Made by a program: the position numbers and the translations under genes. The notes beneath the pieces are model-generated. The model had not been told where the DNA came from, did no database searches, and saw only the letters and a list, made by a program, of their open reading frames with translations. This document shows, in pieces, positions 10,329-24,379 of a stretch of DNA of 64,000 nucleotides. Origin of the DNA: Chiloscyllium plagiosum. Taxonomy: Eukaryota. The stretch spans positions 73,303,894 to 73,367,893 of the forward strand of contig NC_057711.1 in NCBI RefSeq assembly GCF_004010195.1, read 5' to 3'. Each line of letters opens with the position of its first letter. Within the stretch, counting starts at the first letter, position 1.

Positions 10329-12574
10329 ATAGATGCACTATAAAACCTTCTACAGGTATATACTTTGTGGCATGAGAGGTGGGCCAGTAAGGGACTAAAT
10401 GGAGGATCTGGATGTGGAGGCCGAGGTACTATAGAAGTACTTTGTATCTGTCTTCAAACAGGAAGATACTGCCAAAATCAGTGAAAGAGGCAGTAGTCGA
10501 GGTAATTAATTAAATAATTATACAGATATTGACCTGAGTAGTGAAACTGAATTGAAAAATCTAAAACTGATGCACAAATTCCTGAAAGATATTTCACACG
10601 AAAGTTAATAAAACAAGTGAGAGATGATTGCACAACATTTTTAGAGAGATTGTGAGTGAAGAGGGGGATATTAGAAACTGACCAGGACCAGATAAGATGT
10701 CTTCAAGGATAATGAAGGAAGTAATGCTGGAATTATGGAAATATTGATCAGAGGATTGAATTTCCCAGCCACTAGATGGCATGGGCATTGGTGGGTCTTA
10801 CAGAAAGTACAGTGAGATGAGAAGAAATGAGATTCTCGATGTTGATAGTTCCAAGTTTGGAAAGGTGAAATAGGAATCTTGCTATTCAGCAATAATAGTC
10901 CTATTTGATCCATAAAGACATGATAATTTTCTGGGATGAGAGACATTAATTATAAGGTGGGGGACAATTCAATGTGTGGGAGGATTTCAATAATGTGTGT
11001 GAGGGGAAGGGGTATTGTGGGAAGGGAGTTATTCATAGACTGCACCATTCTGGCTTCATTGATTGGGACATGCATTATTCTATTCGGCAGGATGTTGCTG
11101 TTTGCCTCCTGTTTGGGGTAGAGTGGAGAGATGAACAGGTGAATAAATGGGTTGGGTGGAAATATAGGGAAGATCAAAGCTGATGGAGTTGATAACGAGG
11201 GAATATGGAGATTTGCAGGGTCACCTAGACTGAGAGGCTGTGTCTGTGATTCACTTGAAGTGTGACTGCTGTTTCCTTTTATTATCATCCAAATAGCAAG
11301 TCTGCTCAGATCCAACCATCTTTAGCCACTTCATCAATGATTGTCCCTCCAGTATAAGGTCAGAAGTGGAGATAATTGCTGATGAATGACGAACATTCAG
11401 TTCCATTTGCAATTTCTCAGATATTGAAGCAGTCTGTGCTGACGTGCAGCATAGCCTAAACAACATTAGACTTGTGCTGTGTACCATATTTGTACCACAA
11501 TTGGTAAGCTATGACCACCTCCAACTATAGAGAATTGAACGCTTTACATTTGGTAATAAATGGCATTCTCATCACTGAATGCACTGTCAAGTTTTGCAGG
11601 TTACCATTGAGCAGAAAATTACCCAGATTGGCCTCATAAAGGCTGTGATTGCAAAGCAGGTCAGATACAGAAAATACTGTTGTGAGTAACTTACTTCCGA
11701 ACTTCCTGGAACCTGCCTAATCATTCACAGGACATAAATCAGGAATATGATGGAATCTTCTCCACTTGCCTGAATCATTTTCATTACACTAAAGAAGCTC
11801 AACACCAACACAAGGCTTGTTCGGTGTCTCATCCTTCTACATTAAACGTTCTATCGCTCCACAAATAGAGCATAATGGTAGCAGTATGTACCAATATACA
11901 AAACACAGTGCCACAATTCAGTCAGGCTCCTGTGACAGCATCTTTCAAACCCATGACCTCTACCATTTAGAAGGTCAAAGAAGAATGGGCATATCACCAC
12001 CTTAAAGTTCCAATGCAATTGCTTATCACCTTGAATTAGTTTTATGGTAACGCCACTGGATTATTAATACAGAGCCCCAGACTAATGTTCTAGGGTCACA
12101 AAGTCAAATCCTAACATGGTTGATGGTGAAATATGATTTAATAAAATTTGAAAGTAAAAGTTATCTTAATTGTAACTGTTGTAAAAACCCAACTGCTTCA
12201 CTCATGCCCTTTAGGGAAGAAAGTCTGGTGTGGTTTACTCTACGTATGACTCCACATCCAGAGCAACATGGTTGACTCTTATTGCCCTCTGAAATGGCCA
12301 TTTAATTAAATCAAACCAATTGGGAATCCAAACAAATAAATGAAACCAGATAACCCAGTCATTCAGGCATTGGAAACAACAATTGTATACCCAACCCTGT
12401 CAACAATGTGAAATCTTCCTTATCAACATTTGGGGCTTGTAGCAAAAGTGAGAGAGCTATCCAACAAAAGTAGTCAAGCAACAGTAGTCATGTAGTCATA
12501 CTCACAAAATCATACCATACAATGTCACAGTCACCACAATCACTATCCCCAGGTATGTCCTGTCTTAGCAGTAG

Positions 12575-13700
12575 AGGCATAGAGTCGTACAGCATGGAAA
12601 TAGACCCTTCAGTCCAACCAGTCCACACCAACCATAATCCCAAACTAAACTAGTCCTACCTGCCTGTGCTTGGGCCATATCCCTCCAAACATTTGTTATT
12701 CATGCACTTATCTAAATTTCATTTAAACATTGTAACTATACCCACATCCACCATTTCCTCAGGAATTTCATTCCACATTTGAACCACTCTCTTGTATATA
12801 AAAAAGCCCCTCATATCTTCTTTAAATCTTTCTTCTTTCACCTGAAAAATATGCTCCCAGTCTTAAAATCCCCCCCCACCCTAGGGGAAGACACCTGCCA
12901 TTCAGCATATCTACATCTTTCACTATTTTATAAACATTTGAAAGGTCAATTCTCGACCTTCTATACTCTAGTGATAAAAGTCCCAGCCTATTCAGCCTCA
13001 GCTTATAACAAACCCTCTATTCCCAGCAACATCCTGGTAAATCTCTTCTGAACCCTATCTAGCTTAATAATATCCCTCCTATAACAGGGCAACTCCAAGA
13101 GGCCTCATCAATGTCCTGTGCAACCTCAATGTCAAAATTCCTATACTCAGTGGTCTGAACAATGAAAGCGTGTGTTAAACACCTTAGCTACCTATCTAGA
13201 TTTGATGTAAACTTCAAAGAATTATATATCTGAACCTCTATACTACCCAAGGCCCTGCTTTTAATTATGTAAGTCTTGCCTTTGTTAGTTTTACCAAAAT
13301 ACAATATCTCACATTTATCCAAATTAAACTCCATTTGCCACTCTTCAGTCCATTGACTCAACTGATCAAGATCTCTATGTAATCTTAGATAACCTTCTTC
13401 ACCGTCCACTTTACCACCAAATTTTGATGTCATCCACAAACTTACTAGCCATGTTTTCTATATTCTCATCTAAATCATTTACATAAATGACAAACAAAAG
13501 TGGACCCAGAACTGATCCTTGTGGAACACAGTCCTCCAGTCCCAAAACCAAACCTGCACTATCATTCTCTATCTCCAGCTGTTCAGCCAATTTTGCATCC
13601 AATTGGCAAAATCACCTTGAATCCTATGTGTTCTAACTTTACGAATTAGTCTACCATGTGGAACCTTGTCAAAGGCTTTACTAACGTCCAAGTAAACAAT
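12575..13700 (-). mobile_element. CR1-clade LINE RT 3' portion
   Basis: VPQGSVLGPLLFVIYVNDL, SKFVDD and WQMEFNLDKCE motifs in minus-strand ORFs. Confidence 0.88.
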
Positions 13701-14126
13701 GTAGCAGAGAGCCACCAGAGGTGGCAGCATGGTGCTTTACAATTGGGGATGAATTGCCCTGAATCCTTGACATTGATTCTGAACCTTGTGAAATCTGTAA
13801 AACATGGCCAAGAACATCTTATTGATTCCCACCCACTCTCCCTTCCCTTCTGCCAGCTGCTTAATAAGCTTCTCTTCGTTGGAGGAATCAATGAGTAGCA
13901 AGGGCACAGCCCTTTGGATGGGAGACTTCAATATCCATCACCAATATTGCCTCAGTAGCATTGCTTCTGATCAAAATCGCCAAGTCCTATGGAACATTTG
14001 ATTTGCTAGATTTGGTTTGTGATAGTTTGGGAGAGAACCAACAAGAGGGAAACGTTTACTTTTATCTGTTGCAAATGCACCCATCCATATCAGTAAAATA
14101 TGCAAGTCAGACAAGTGATGAAATCC

Positions 14127-14511
14127 GTCATCTTCCGCCTCGGAACACTTCAACCCCAGGGCATCAATGTGGACTTCAACAGCTTCCTCATTTCCCCCAC
14201 CTCATCCTAGTTTCAAACTTACAGCCCGCACTGTCCCCTTGACCTGTCAGGACTTGTCCGACCTGCCTAGCTCCTTTTCCACCTATCCACTCCACCCTCT
14301 CCTCCCTGACCTATCACCTTCATCTCCTCCCCCACTCACCTATTGTACTCTATGCTACTTTCTCCCCACCCCCACCCTCCTCTAGCTTATCTCTCCACGC
14401 TTCAGGCTCTCTGCCTTTATTCCTGATGAAGGGCTTTTGCCCGAAATGTCGATTTTGCTGCTCGTCGGATGCTGCCTGAATTGCTGTGCTCTTCCAGCAC
14501 CACTGATCCAG
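14127..14511 (+). mobile_element. Penelope-like 3' fragment/pLTR
   Basis: IFRLGTLQPQGIN remnant plus pLTR. 14-bp TSD AAGTGATGAAATCC at 14113-14126 and 14512-14525. Confidence 0.88.
14419..14454 (+). ncRNA. Minimal hammerhead ribozyme motif in a PLE pLTR
   Basis: AUUC-CUGAUGA-A-GGGC(uuuu)GCCC-GAAA-UGUC-GAUU, with one CpG-type change in the ACGU palindrome. Confidence 0.65.
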
Positions 14512-16644
14512 AAGTGATGAAATCCCCCCACTTGCCTGGATGGATGCAGCATCAACAACACTCAACACATTTGACAGCATCTGGGGTTAAAGTTTGACAC
14601 CATCTCTGCTAGTTCAGATCATACCTGGCACAAAGGAATATAGTTTTCATCTTCATTCCAAGACATCATGTCAGGCATTCCTCTGTGTAATGTCCTAGGC
14701 CTAACCATCTTCATGGTAGATGATGGTGGCACAATGATCAGCGCCATTCATGTCTCCTCAAATACTCAAGCTATCAGTGTTAATGCACATTAAGACCTAG
14801 AGAATATCCCAGTTTGGGCTGACAGGTGGCAAGTAACACTCATTCCACACAAATGTTAGGCAGTGACTTCTTCAAATCACCTTCAAACATTATTAACAAG
14901 GCAGAAATCAGCAGTATGATTGAATACACCCCACTTGCCTGGATAAATGCAGGTCCAACACATGCAAGAAGCTTAATGTTATCCAGGACAAAGCAACGCA
15001 CTTGCTTGACACTACATTCACCAAATTCAACTTGCACTCCCATCACAACAGGTGCACAGTGACTGCAGTGTGTACTTGTCTACAGGATGAACTGCTGAAA
15101 CACACCAAGGTTTGCTCAACGGTATTTTCTAAACCTGTGACATCTGCCATCTCAAAGGACAAGGGCAGCAGATACATGGAAACACCACCACTAACAAATT
15201 CCCCTGCAAACCACCCACCATCATACATTGGTTGTCTGTACACTGTTGCTAGGTAAAACCTCTTTCCCGACATTGCTGTCGATGCCTCCCCAAAGTCTTC
15301 AAGGACTTCAGCCATTCAAGAAGGCAGGCCACCACCACTTTCTCCAGCGTATTTCAGGATGCTGCCCTCGCCAGTCATACCCACATCCAATGGCTGAATA
15401 AAAACTGGCAAATTCCTTTCCAAAAAAGCAGTGAGGCATACCTATTGAATGTGGACTGCAATAAATTTGAGAAAGAAGGCCACTCTCGCCTTCTCAAGGC
15501 CAATTAGTGATATATAATGAGCATTGATCTTACCTGGGATTCTCCCAGCTCATGATGAATAAAAATATCTATGTAAACAGCCTCTAGATGTCACTGATAC
15601 ATTAATGATAAAGAAGGCCAGCTCAGTCCGTTACAGCACATTTCTTCCTTCAATTTCAAACTTTTCTGCAATTTCTCACAGGATTTTTATGACTACAAAC
15701 AAAAGGGTTGAATTCCATGTGAGTTATGTTGTCAGTCTGTGGAATACTCAGAAGAAAGAGGAAAATAATAACTCGCATTTATGCACTTGCTGTGATCGTG
15801 TGAAACAGCTAAAGGCACTGCTCAGGTCAAAATTTGAGATGAACTCACAGAAGGACAAATGATCAAAATCTTGGTCAAAAGACAAATTGTAAAAAGGAAT
15901 CTTCATCAAGGCTAAAGATTAGGAGAGGTTTAAGGAGTGAATTCTGGAGCTCAGGGTTCAATCATTAATGCTGGAGCAATTAAAACCAGAGATAGTAAAG
16001 GGATCAACATTTTGATGGGGATCGTATCGTATCGTTTCTGATGATGTATCAGAAACCATCGTTGGTGATGTAATGGTCTTTTGCTGATAATGAGACTCTG
16101 CAAGAGGAGTAATAAATTAGACATTGTGTTGAGGTTGAATCAATATAGTGGCATGGTGTAATTAAACAATTGATATGAAACAATTAAGAGCTTAGCCATA
16201 TTGCCAAAAGAACATAAAAGAGTAGACCATTCTACCCCTCAAATCTGCCCTGCTGTTCAACTAAGATTGTGGCTGATCTACCCATGCTTCAATACTTTGT
16301 TGCTGCCAGCTCATCACAGCCCCCAACTCTTCTACTTGTCAAAAATATATCTCTGCTGTGAATACTTCCAGTGATCTAGCCTCTGCAATTCTCTAAGATA
16401 GTTGTTCACTACCCTCTGAGAGATGAAATTCCTTTGCATCTCGGTTTAAAATCAGTGGCCCCGTACTCTGTAACTAAATCCCCTAGTTTAAGATTCCTTC
16501 ACTGGTGGAAACATCTTCTCAACATATAGCTTGTCAAGTTTCTCAAATCTTGAATGCTTAAGTAAAATCACTTCTCATTCTTCTAAACTCTCACCTTTTT
16601 TCTGAGTTCAAACACAGCAGATAACTTAAGAATTTTAATTGTAA

Positions 16645-19478
16645 CAACTTCCAGTCCTCCGGTACCTCACCTGTATTTAAAGATGCCACAAAGTTATCTG
16701 TCAAGGCTCCAGCTATTTCCACTCTCGCCTCCCTCAGCAACCTGACATAGATCCCATCCGGTCCTGGGGATTTGTCCACCTTAATAACCTCGAGCATACC
16801 CAACATATCTTCCCTACCTTTGCCAACGTGATCCAGACTAATCAACTTCTATCTCTAATCTCAAGATTCATCATGTTTCTCTCCTCAGTGAACATTGATG
16901 CAAAGTAATCATTCAGAATCTCACCCATTCTCTCAGGTTCGGCACACAGCCTTCCTTCACTATCCTTTAGTGGACCAATCCTTTCTCTAGTTACCTGCTT
17001 GCTTCTTATATAAGAATAAAATGCTTTGGGATTTTCCTTATTTCTGCTTGCTAAAGCTATTTCATGACCCCTTTTAGCTTGCTTGATTCCTTGTTTAAGT
17101 CTTGTCCTATTCTTCCGATATTTCTCCAGGGCCCGTTCTGTTCTTAGCTGCCAAGACCTTATGTACGCTTCCCTTTTCCTCTTGGCTAGTCATTTATTTC
17201 TCCTGCCATCCACGGGTTCACGAATATTGCCCTTCCTATCCTTTGCCTTCAACGGGACATGCCTATCCTGCACTACCGTTAACCTATCTTTGAAAGCCTC
17301 CCACATCTCAAATGTGGACTTCCCTTCAAACAGCTGTATCCAATCCACATATCCCAGCTCCTGCCTAATTTTGATATAATTGGCCTCAGCCCAGTTTATT
17401 ACTCTTCCCTGAGGACCACTCTCTTCTTTATCTATGAGTATTCTAAAACTTACAGAATTGTGGTCACTGTTCTCAAAGAAATTCCCCACCACAACCTCTC
17501 CCACTTGTCCTGGCTCGTTCCCTGGTACCAGGTCCAATATGGCCCTTTCTGCTCTAGAAAACTCTCCTGGACGCTTCGTACAAATTCTACTCCATCCAGA
17601 CCTCTGACGCTAAGTGTATCCCAGTCAATGCTGGGAAAATTAAAATCTCCCATCACCACTACCCTATTGCCTCTACATCTATTCATAATCTGTTTACCTA
17701 TTTGTTCTTCTACCTCATGCTCACTGTTAGGAGGTCTGTAATACAGCCCCAACAATGTAACTGCACCCTTCTTATTTCTCAGCTCCACCCATAATGCCTC
17801 ACAACCCAAGACCGCCATAGTATCCTCCTTTAGCACAGCCGTGATATCGTCCCTGACCAGCAATGCAACTCCGCCCCCTCTTTTACTTCCCTCCCTGTCC
17901 TGTCTGAAGCGTCTATATCCTGGAACATTTAGTTGCCAATCATCATGCCCTTCCTTCTACCAAGTCTCTCTGATGGCAATGATGTCATACTCCCAGGCAC
18001 CAATCCAAGCCCTAAGTTCACCTGCCTTACACACTATACTCCTTGCATTAAAGTAGATGCATTTCAGGCCACCAGTTCTTTTGCGCTCACCTGCTCTCTG
18101 CCTATTCTTCCCTTTATTAATGTTAATCTTCATAAATCTTACAGTCTCCAGCCTCCACCTTGCTACCTACTTGTTTTCTCTTCTGGTTCCCAGTCCCCTG
18201 TCACATTAGTTTAAAACCTCCCCAACAGCAGTAGCAAAAACTCCCCCAAGGACATTGGTTCCGGTCTAGTTCAGATGTAGACCGTCCCTTTTGTAATGGT
18301 CCCACCTTCCCCAGAACCGATCCCAATGTCCAACAATTCTGAACCCCTCCCTCCTATACCATCTCTCAAGCCACGTGTTCATCCTGCCGATTTTTCCATT
18401 TCTACGCTGACTAGCACGTGACACTGGTAGTAATCCCGAGATCACCACCTTTGAGGTCCTCCCCTTTAACTTCTCTCCTAGCTCCCTGAATTCTTCTTTC
18501 AGGACCTCATCTCGCTTTCTACTTATATCGTGGGGCCTATATGCACCAAAACAACTGGCTGTTCACCCTCCCCTTTTAGAATGCTCTGCAGCAGATCAGT
18601 GACATCCCTGACCCAAGCACTTGGGAGGCCACATACCATCCAGGAGTCCCTTTTACGGCCACAGAACAGCCTATTTACTCCCCTCACAATTGAATCCCCT
18701 ATGATTATGGTCTTTTTCCCACCCTTCTGAACAGCAGTGCCCGCCATGGTGCCATGATCTTGACAACTGCTGCCCTCCCCTGGTGAGCCATCTCCACCAA
18801 CAGTATCCAAAACAGTACACCTATTTTGGAGAGAGATAACCGCAGGGGACACCTGCACTGCCTTCCTACTCTTTTTCTGTCTTTTGGTCACCCATGCACT
18901 GTCTCCCTCAGCAATCCTAACCTGTGGTGTGACCATTTCACTAAACGTGCTACCCACGACCTCCTCAGCATCGCGGATGCTCCACAGTGAGTCCATCCGC
19001 AGCTCCAGAGCCGTCATGTGGTCAAACAACAGCTGCAGCTGGACACACTTCTTGCAAGTGTAAGAGTCAGGAATGTCAGACACGTTCCTAAGCTTCCATA
19101 TCCAGCAAGAGTCACATGCCAGGGTCTGAGGTCCCCTGCCATTGTAAGCTTAGCTTTATATGAACTAACTAAAACCAAAAAATGCACTTAAATAAATGAA
19201 AAAGATAAGAAATAAAAGCCTTACCTTACAGTGTCTTTTTCTTCCAGTTAGAGGAGGGGGAGCGGGAGGGAGATACTACATGTGTAGTATCTCGGGTTTA
19301 GCCATTGCCCAAATATAAATTAAGCCCTTACCTTCCCAGCAGCTTCACTTCTCACCGCTCTGGCAAAATGGAGGCCCAACTCCAGAGGTAAGTCCCTTTT
19401 TATACGGGAAAACTCACCTTTCCCGGCAGCCCTTGCTTCACTCCTCCTTCTCTCCTCACCGCTCTGGCAAAAAATGGA
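16645..19478 (-). mobile_element. CR1-clade LINE 5' part: 5' UTR, ORF1 (zinc finger plus SGNH esterase), APE endonuclease, start of RT
   Basis: YTCKKCVQLQLL, IIGDSIVR and HYKRDGLHLN (ORF1); LGLYYRPPN, MGDFNFP and SDHN (APE); KSPGPDGIY...VPEDW. Frameshifted. Confidence 0.9.
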
Positions 19479-20500
19479 GAAAGGTGACCAGTAGTGTTCC
19501 ACAGGGGGTCAGTATTGAGGCCACTGTTGTTTGTGATATACATATATGATCGAGAAGAGGGTACTGTTGGTATGATCAGCAAGTTTGCAGATGACACAAA
19601 GATTGGTGGAGCAGCAGAAAGCATAAGGGACTGTCAGAGAATACAGGAGGATATAGGTAGACTGGGGAGTTGGGTGGAAAAGTGGCAGATGGATTTCAAT
19701 CCAGACAAATGTGAGGTGATGCATTTAGGCAAGTCTAATTCTAGAGCGAATTATACAATGAATAGAAGAGCCTTGGGAAAAGTCGATGGGCAGAGAGATC
19801 TGGGAGTGCTGGTCCATTGTACCCTGAAGTTTGCTGCACAGGTAGATAGAGTGGTCAAGAGGTAATATAGTATGCCTGCCTTCATTGGACGGGGTATTGA
19901 GTATAAGAGCTGGCAAGTCATGTTAAAATTGTACAAGACATTGGTTCGGCCGCATTTAGAATTAAGTAATGTTCTGGTCGCCACATTACTTAGAGGATGT
20001 GGACGCTTTGGAGAGAGTGCAGAGAAGGTTTACGAGGATGTTGCCTGGTATGGAAGGTGCTGGCTATGAAGAGAGGTTGAGTAGGTTAGATTTATTTTCA
20101 CTAGAAAAAAAGAAATTGAGGGGGGACCTGATTGAGGTTTACAAAATCATGAAGGGTATATTCAGGATGGATAGAGACAAGCTTTTTCCCAGGGTGAAGG
20201 ATTCAATAACGAGAGGTCATGCTTTCAAGGTGAGAGGTGGAAAGTTTAAGGGGGATACACACGGCAAGTACTTCACACAGAGGGTGGTGGGCGTTTGGAA
20301 CGTGTTGCCAGCAGAGGTGGTACAGGCAGGCACAGTAGATTCATTTAAGATGCATCTGGACAGATGCATGAGTAGGTGGGGAGCAGAGGGATACAAATGC
20401 TTAGGAGTTGACCGGCAGGTTTAGACAGTACATTTGGATTGGCTCAGGCTTGGAGGGCCGAAGGACCTGTTCCTGGGCTGTAAATTTTCTTTGTTCTTTA
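19479..20500 (+). mobile_element. CR1-clade LINE RT C-terminus and 3' tail
   Basis: GSVLRPLLFVIY, SKFADDTK, LYKTLVRPHLE and RGDLIEVYKIM motifs, with a TTCTTTG-type tail. Confidence 0.9.
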
Positions 20501-22454
20501 TCGGGTTGCATGGTGAGGTGCTCTTCGGTGGGACGGTGTGGACTCAATGAGCCGAATGGCCTACTCCCACAGTGTAGGGATTCTATAATTCGAGGGCATA
20601 CCTGAAGTAAGATTTCTCTGGTCAATATGCAGTTTAAGATTCCCTATGACAACTGTAGTGCCTTTTTACATGCTCCATAATTTCCTAACTTATAATTTGT
20701 TATACAGTTTGGGATTGTTCAGGGCCAATAGAAAACTCCCATTTGTGAATTTTTTTTCTCTTGTTTTTCCTTATTTTCACCGAAACCGATACCACATCAC
20801 AAGTCTATTCCACTTTTCTCACTACACACCATCACACTGATACTTTCTTTTAATAAGACAGCTAGGTCATCTCTTCTTCACTTATTCTTCAGGAACATTG
20901 AATACCCTTCAATATGGTGTTCCCATTCCTGGTCACCCTGCAACCGACTGAAGAACATGATAATGAGACTTTGCAACCCTTTTACTTGAATATAGAGTCA
21001 AAAGAATTTGGATAATAATACAATAAAGAGAGAGATTGGACATTCCGGAGGGAAATTCTGCAAGAGATACTTCATCTTGATGTATCAGCAGATTTAAAAG
21101 TGACAGTAAATGTGATCATTCTTACTTTATGCCTCTGGTTACCAAATTATCAACCAAATAATCCATTACTCATTACTCTTTTACATACCACTGTTAAATA
21201 TCTATAAGATTACCTCTCACTTTAGCTTTTTGGGTTGCAAAAGAAAAAGCCCAAATTGTTTAAGTTCCTCATAATGATAACTATTCTTCTTGGTATTATA
21301 GTAAATCATCAGCAGCACATTTTCCACAGCTTTAGTGGATTGTTTAGAACTGGAACCAATGCACTGACTGTGGCCAAACCAGTTTCTTCATAAGGGAATA
21401 TTCCTCATCACCATAAGTCTGCTTCTTTAAAAGAGTGTTGCTAATACAGGAACAACAGTTTGGATTTCATCCTTGAGACAAGTATCAAGAGTACAGAAGG
21501 AAACTTGGCTGAGAGTCCAAACATTCATCACTCTATTGGAATGATTGACACTCTTATGGAGCTGTAGTAAAATAGAGCTTTTTTTCAGAAAGTAGAAAAT
21601 AATAAATTAATGATCTTTTTGTAATTTTATTTACACATTTGGTTCTATATAGTTTATAGTCGGTGAATGGGCATGGGGGATATATGATGGATGGAAGGGA
21701 GTCACAGCTTGGTACACAGGCATCAAGGACCATTAGGTGTGTTTGGAGGGCACAGCCTTGCATGGAATAACATGAGGAGAATATTTTGAACTTAGTTTTT
21801 GAAAGATGCCCTCATTTACCAAACCTCCTGCTGCCTTGAAGCATGATGCAGTAAAGATTGATCAGACTCTTGAAAATTGTGAATGGCTTGGGCACGTAAA
21901 GGAGCCAGCTGAGCCAAGTGGACTGAAGAAGCCTGCCCTCTCATAAGGTACTCTATAAAACTGGAAAACCCAGGGAATGGTCAGTATTCCGAAAATAGAG
22001 GCACACCCATCATTTTAAACGGCTCCAAGTCATCCTGCGGCTTGACCAACATCCATCATCCAACCTATTCATTTATATATATGCTTAGGGTCCTGCTTAA
22101 TAACAATTTTACGGGTTACTGCACTGGAAAATAGTTCAAGGAGACTTTAATCTTTCTTCATTAATCACAAAGTTGCAAAATGATTTGCTTTTGGAACAAG
22201 TTTAAGTCAAACTCAAGGTTAACTTATTGCTCCAAACCTTGGTTAAAGTTTGTAAAGAAATTGAATTCTGTGGCTGCTGGGACTATTATTTTTGAAGAAA
22301 GAACCAAAAATATTGTCCAGTTCCATGGCATTAACACAATATATCAATCTTTTCTGAGAGAGATAAGGAGGAAGACAGCAAAATAAAATTAGTTGACTGA
22401 AGTTCTAATTAATAAGGAGAGAAAATCTTTATAAGCAGGGATGCCCTTCTACAT

Positions 22455-22690
22455 TGGAGTTTGCACGTTCTCCCCGTGTCTGCGTGGGTTTCCTCCGGGT
22501 GCTCCGGTTTCCTCCCACAATCCAAAAAAGATGTGCAGGTCAGGTGAATTGGCTATGCTAAATTGCCCGTAGTGTTAGGTTAGGGGTAAATGTAGGGGTT
22601 GGGGTATGGGTGGGCTGCGCTTCGGCGGGGCGGTGTGGACTTGTTGGGCCGAAGGGCCTGTTTCCACACTGTAAGTAATCTAATCTAATT
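22455..22690 (+). mobile_element. HE1/V-SINE-type SINE, 5'-truncated
   Basis: V-domain GGAGTTTGCACGTTCTCCCCGTGTCTGCGTGGGTTTCC and a (TAATC)n tail. Confidence 0.85.
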
Positions 22691-24379
22691 AACTTTGAAT
22701 TTCTAACTGAACATTTAGCTATCTACTTGGAGTTGGAAAATTGAGGTTATAGAATTGAAATCAAATTCTTGACCTGGTTAGAACATTGAATGAATAGCAT
22801 GAGACAGAGAATGGGGATAATAGGCAACAATTTATTATCACGTCTTGTGACAAGGACCTCCTGCAAAGTTATTGTTGGAGCATCAACTATGTTTACTATA
22901 TTTATTGAGTTAGATGGTGGGATAGAAAACCACTTATCCAAGTTGCTCTTAAATGTATGCTTGAGTGACTTGTAATATTAAAGATGAAATGAATAGATGA
23001 TTCAAGTATTCACAAGTCATTTATTCATACTGCACAAAAGTATAGCACAGAAAAACTTCCAGTTTTGCAACAGGTCAAAAGACAAGGACTTTTATATAAA
23101 AAGTAAACAATTAAAAGGCACAGAATTAAAAGTTACAGGTGCATAATTGGTTAACAGACAGAATGCAGACAGCAGCGGTCAATTACTTATCACATAGGAT
23201 GGTAGCATAATATAACCCAGGAGTTTTGTCAAGATCGGTCTTGGGCACAGAGAGAATTTAAAGAATTGCAGATGCTACAAAGCTCAGAACTGCAGTAAAT
23301 AGTGACGAATAGTAATAGATTTCAGGAGGATATAGACCAGGCCTGTCCACCAGACATGTCTGTGGACCACCATGTGTCCAGCCAAGAGGCCCTACATGGC
23401 CTGCGGAGCCCATGTTCAAAATCCCAGGAAAGTGTAAATCAGAAAGGTGCGGTTCCTCCAATCAAAGGCAATTTCTCTTCGGCATTTGGAGCAAAAGTGG
23501 GACAAGACCAGTCTGTGGTTGGAGAAGCAGTGCAATGTGTGTTTTTTCACTGAGCCCAAGACCTGGAACTATAGTGGAGAGTCTGTGGAATGAGGACTGG
23601 GAGACAGTAGCCTGGGCAGGTGGTGAGAGAAAGAAATGCACGTTGCGCAGAAAGCATTATGCTGCCAATAAATTTAGGATTGTTAGTCAGGCTCACAGTG
23701 TTGTGTGGAGTGGAGTTACATATATTAATAAACAGCACCTTGTGCTTTACAGACAAAAAGAACATAAAAAGTCACTGTACCCGTTTCAACTCAATTAAAA
23801 CTAACGATGGCCATTTTGCTGTTTTGTTTCTCTGGGTAAAGTTTTGACCAGAGTTAACTTGCTTGGTTTAAAATTTAAATAAAGTCTGAGAGTTGCCTAG
23901 CAATTATTACTTGGTCAATTCTGCATGACATTGCCTCTAGCTGAGTTCACTGGCCAATAAATCAGCACTCTCTTTTCAAATTGCATAGAAGTTGGTTTTC
24001 CTCTTGAATTGTTATTCTTGCAAAATTTCCTGATAAATGCAAGTAGTAGAGCTTTCTTGAGCAATACTCAAGTTCTGACTGACCAAACTCTTTGCTTGCC
24101 CTTGGTCCCATCCCCTTCCCTGGTGATCAAGGCCAGATCGTTTCTCTCGTTAACTCTTCTCCACCAAAAAGGCAAAAAAAGTTTATTATTTTGTTGTTAG
24201 ATAATTTTAAAAAAATTCTTGATTTACAAAATTCCAATGTCACCATCTTGCTGTGGTGGGATTCAATCCCATGCTCCAGATCATTACCGTGGGGCAATAG
24301 CTTACAAAATGAGTGACATTATTACAACAGAATCCCCTCCCATCAGCTTTGCTGTGTGGCATTTTTAATGAATTTTTTA

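Noticed and set aside
16021..16066. CTGATGA...GAAAC as another hammerhead
   Set aside because: The sequence is a simple hairpin (GTTTCTGAT/ATCAGAAAC). There is no credible stem I and no PLE context.
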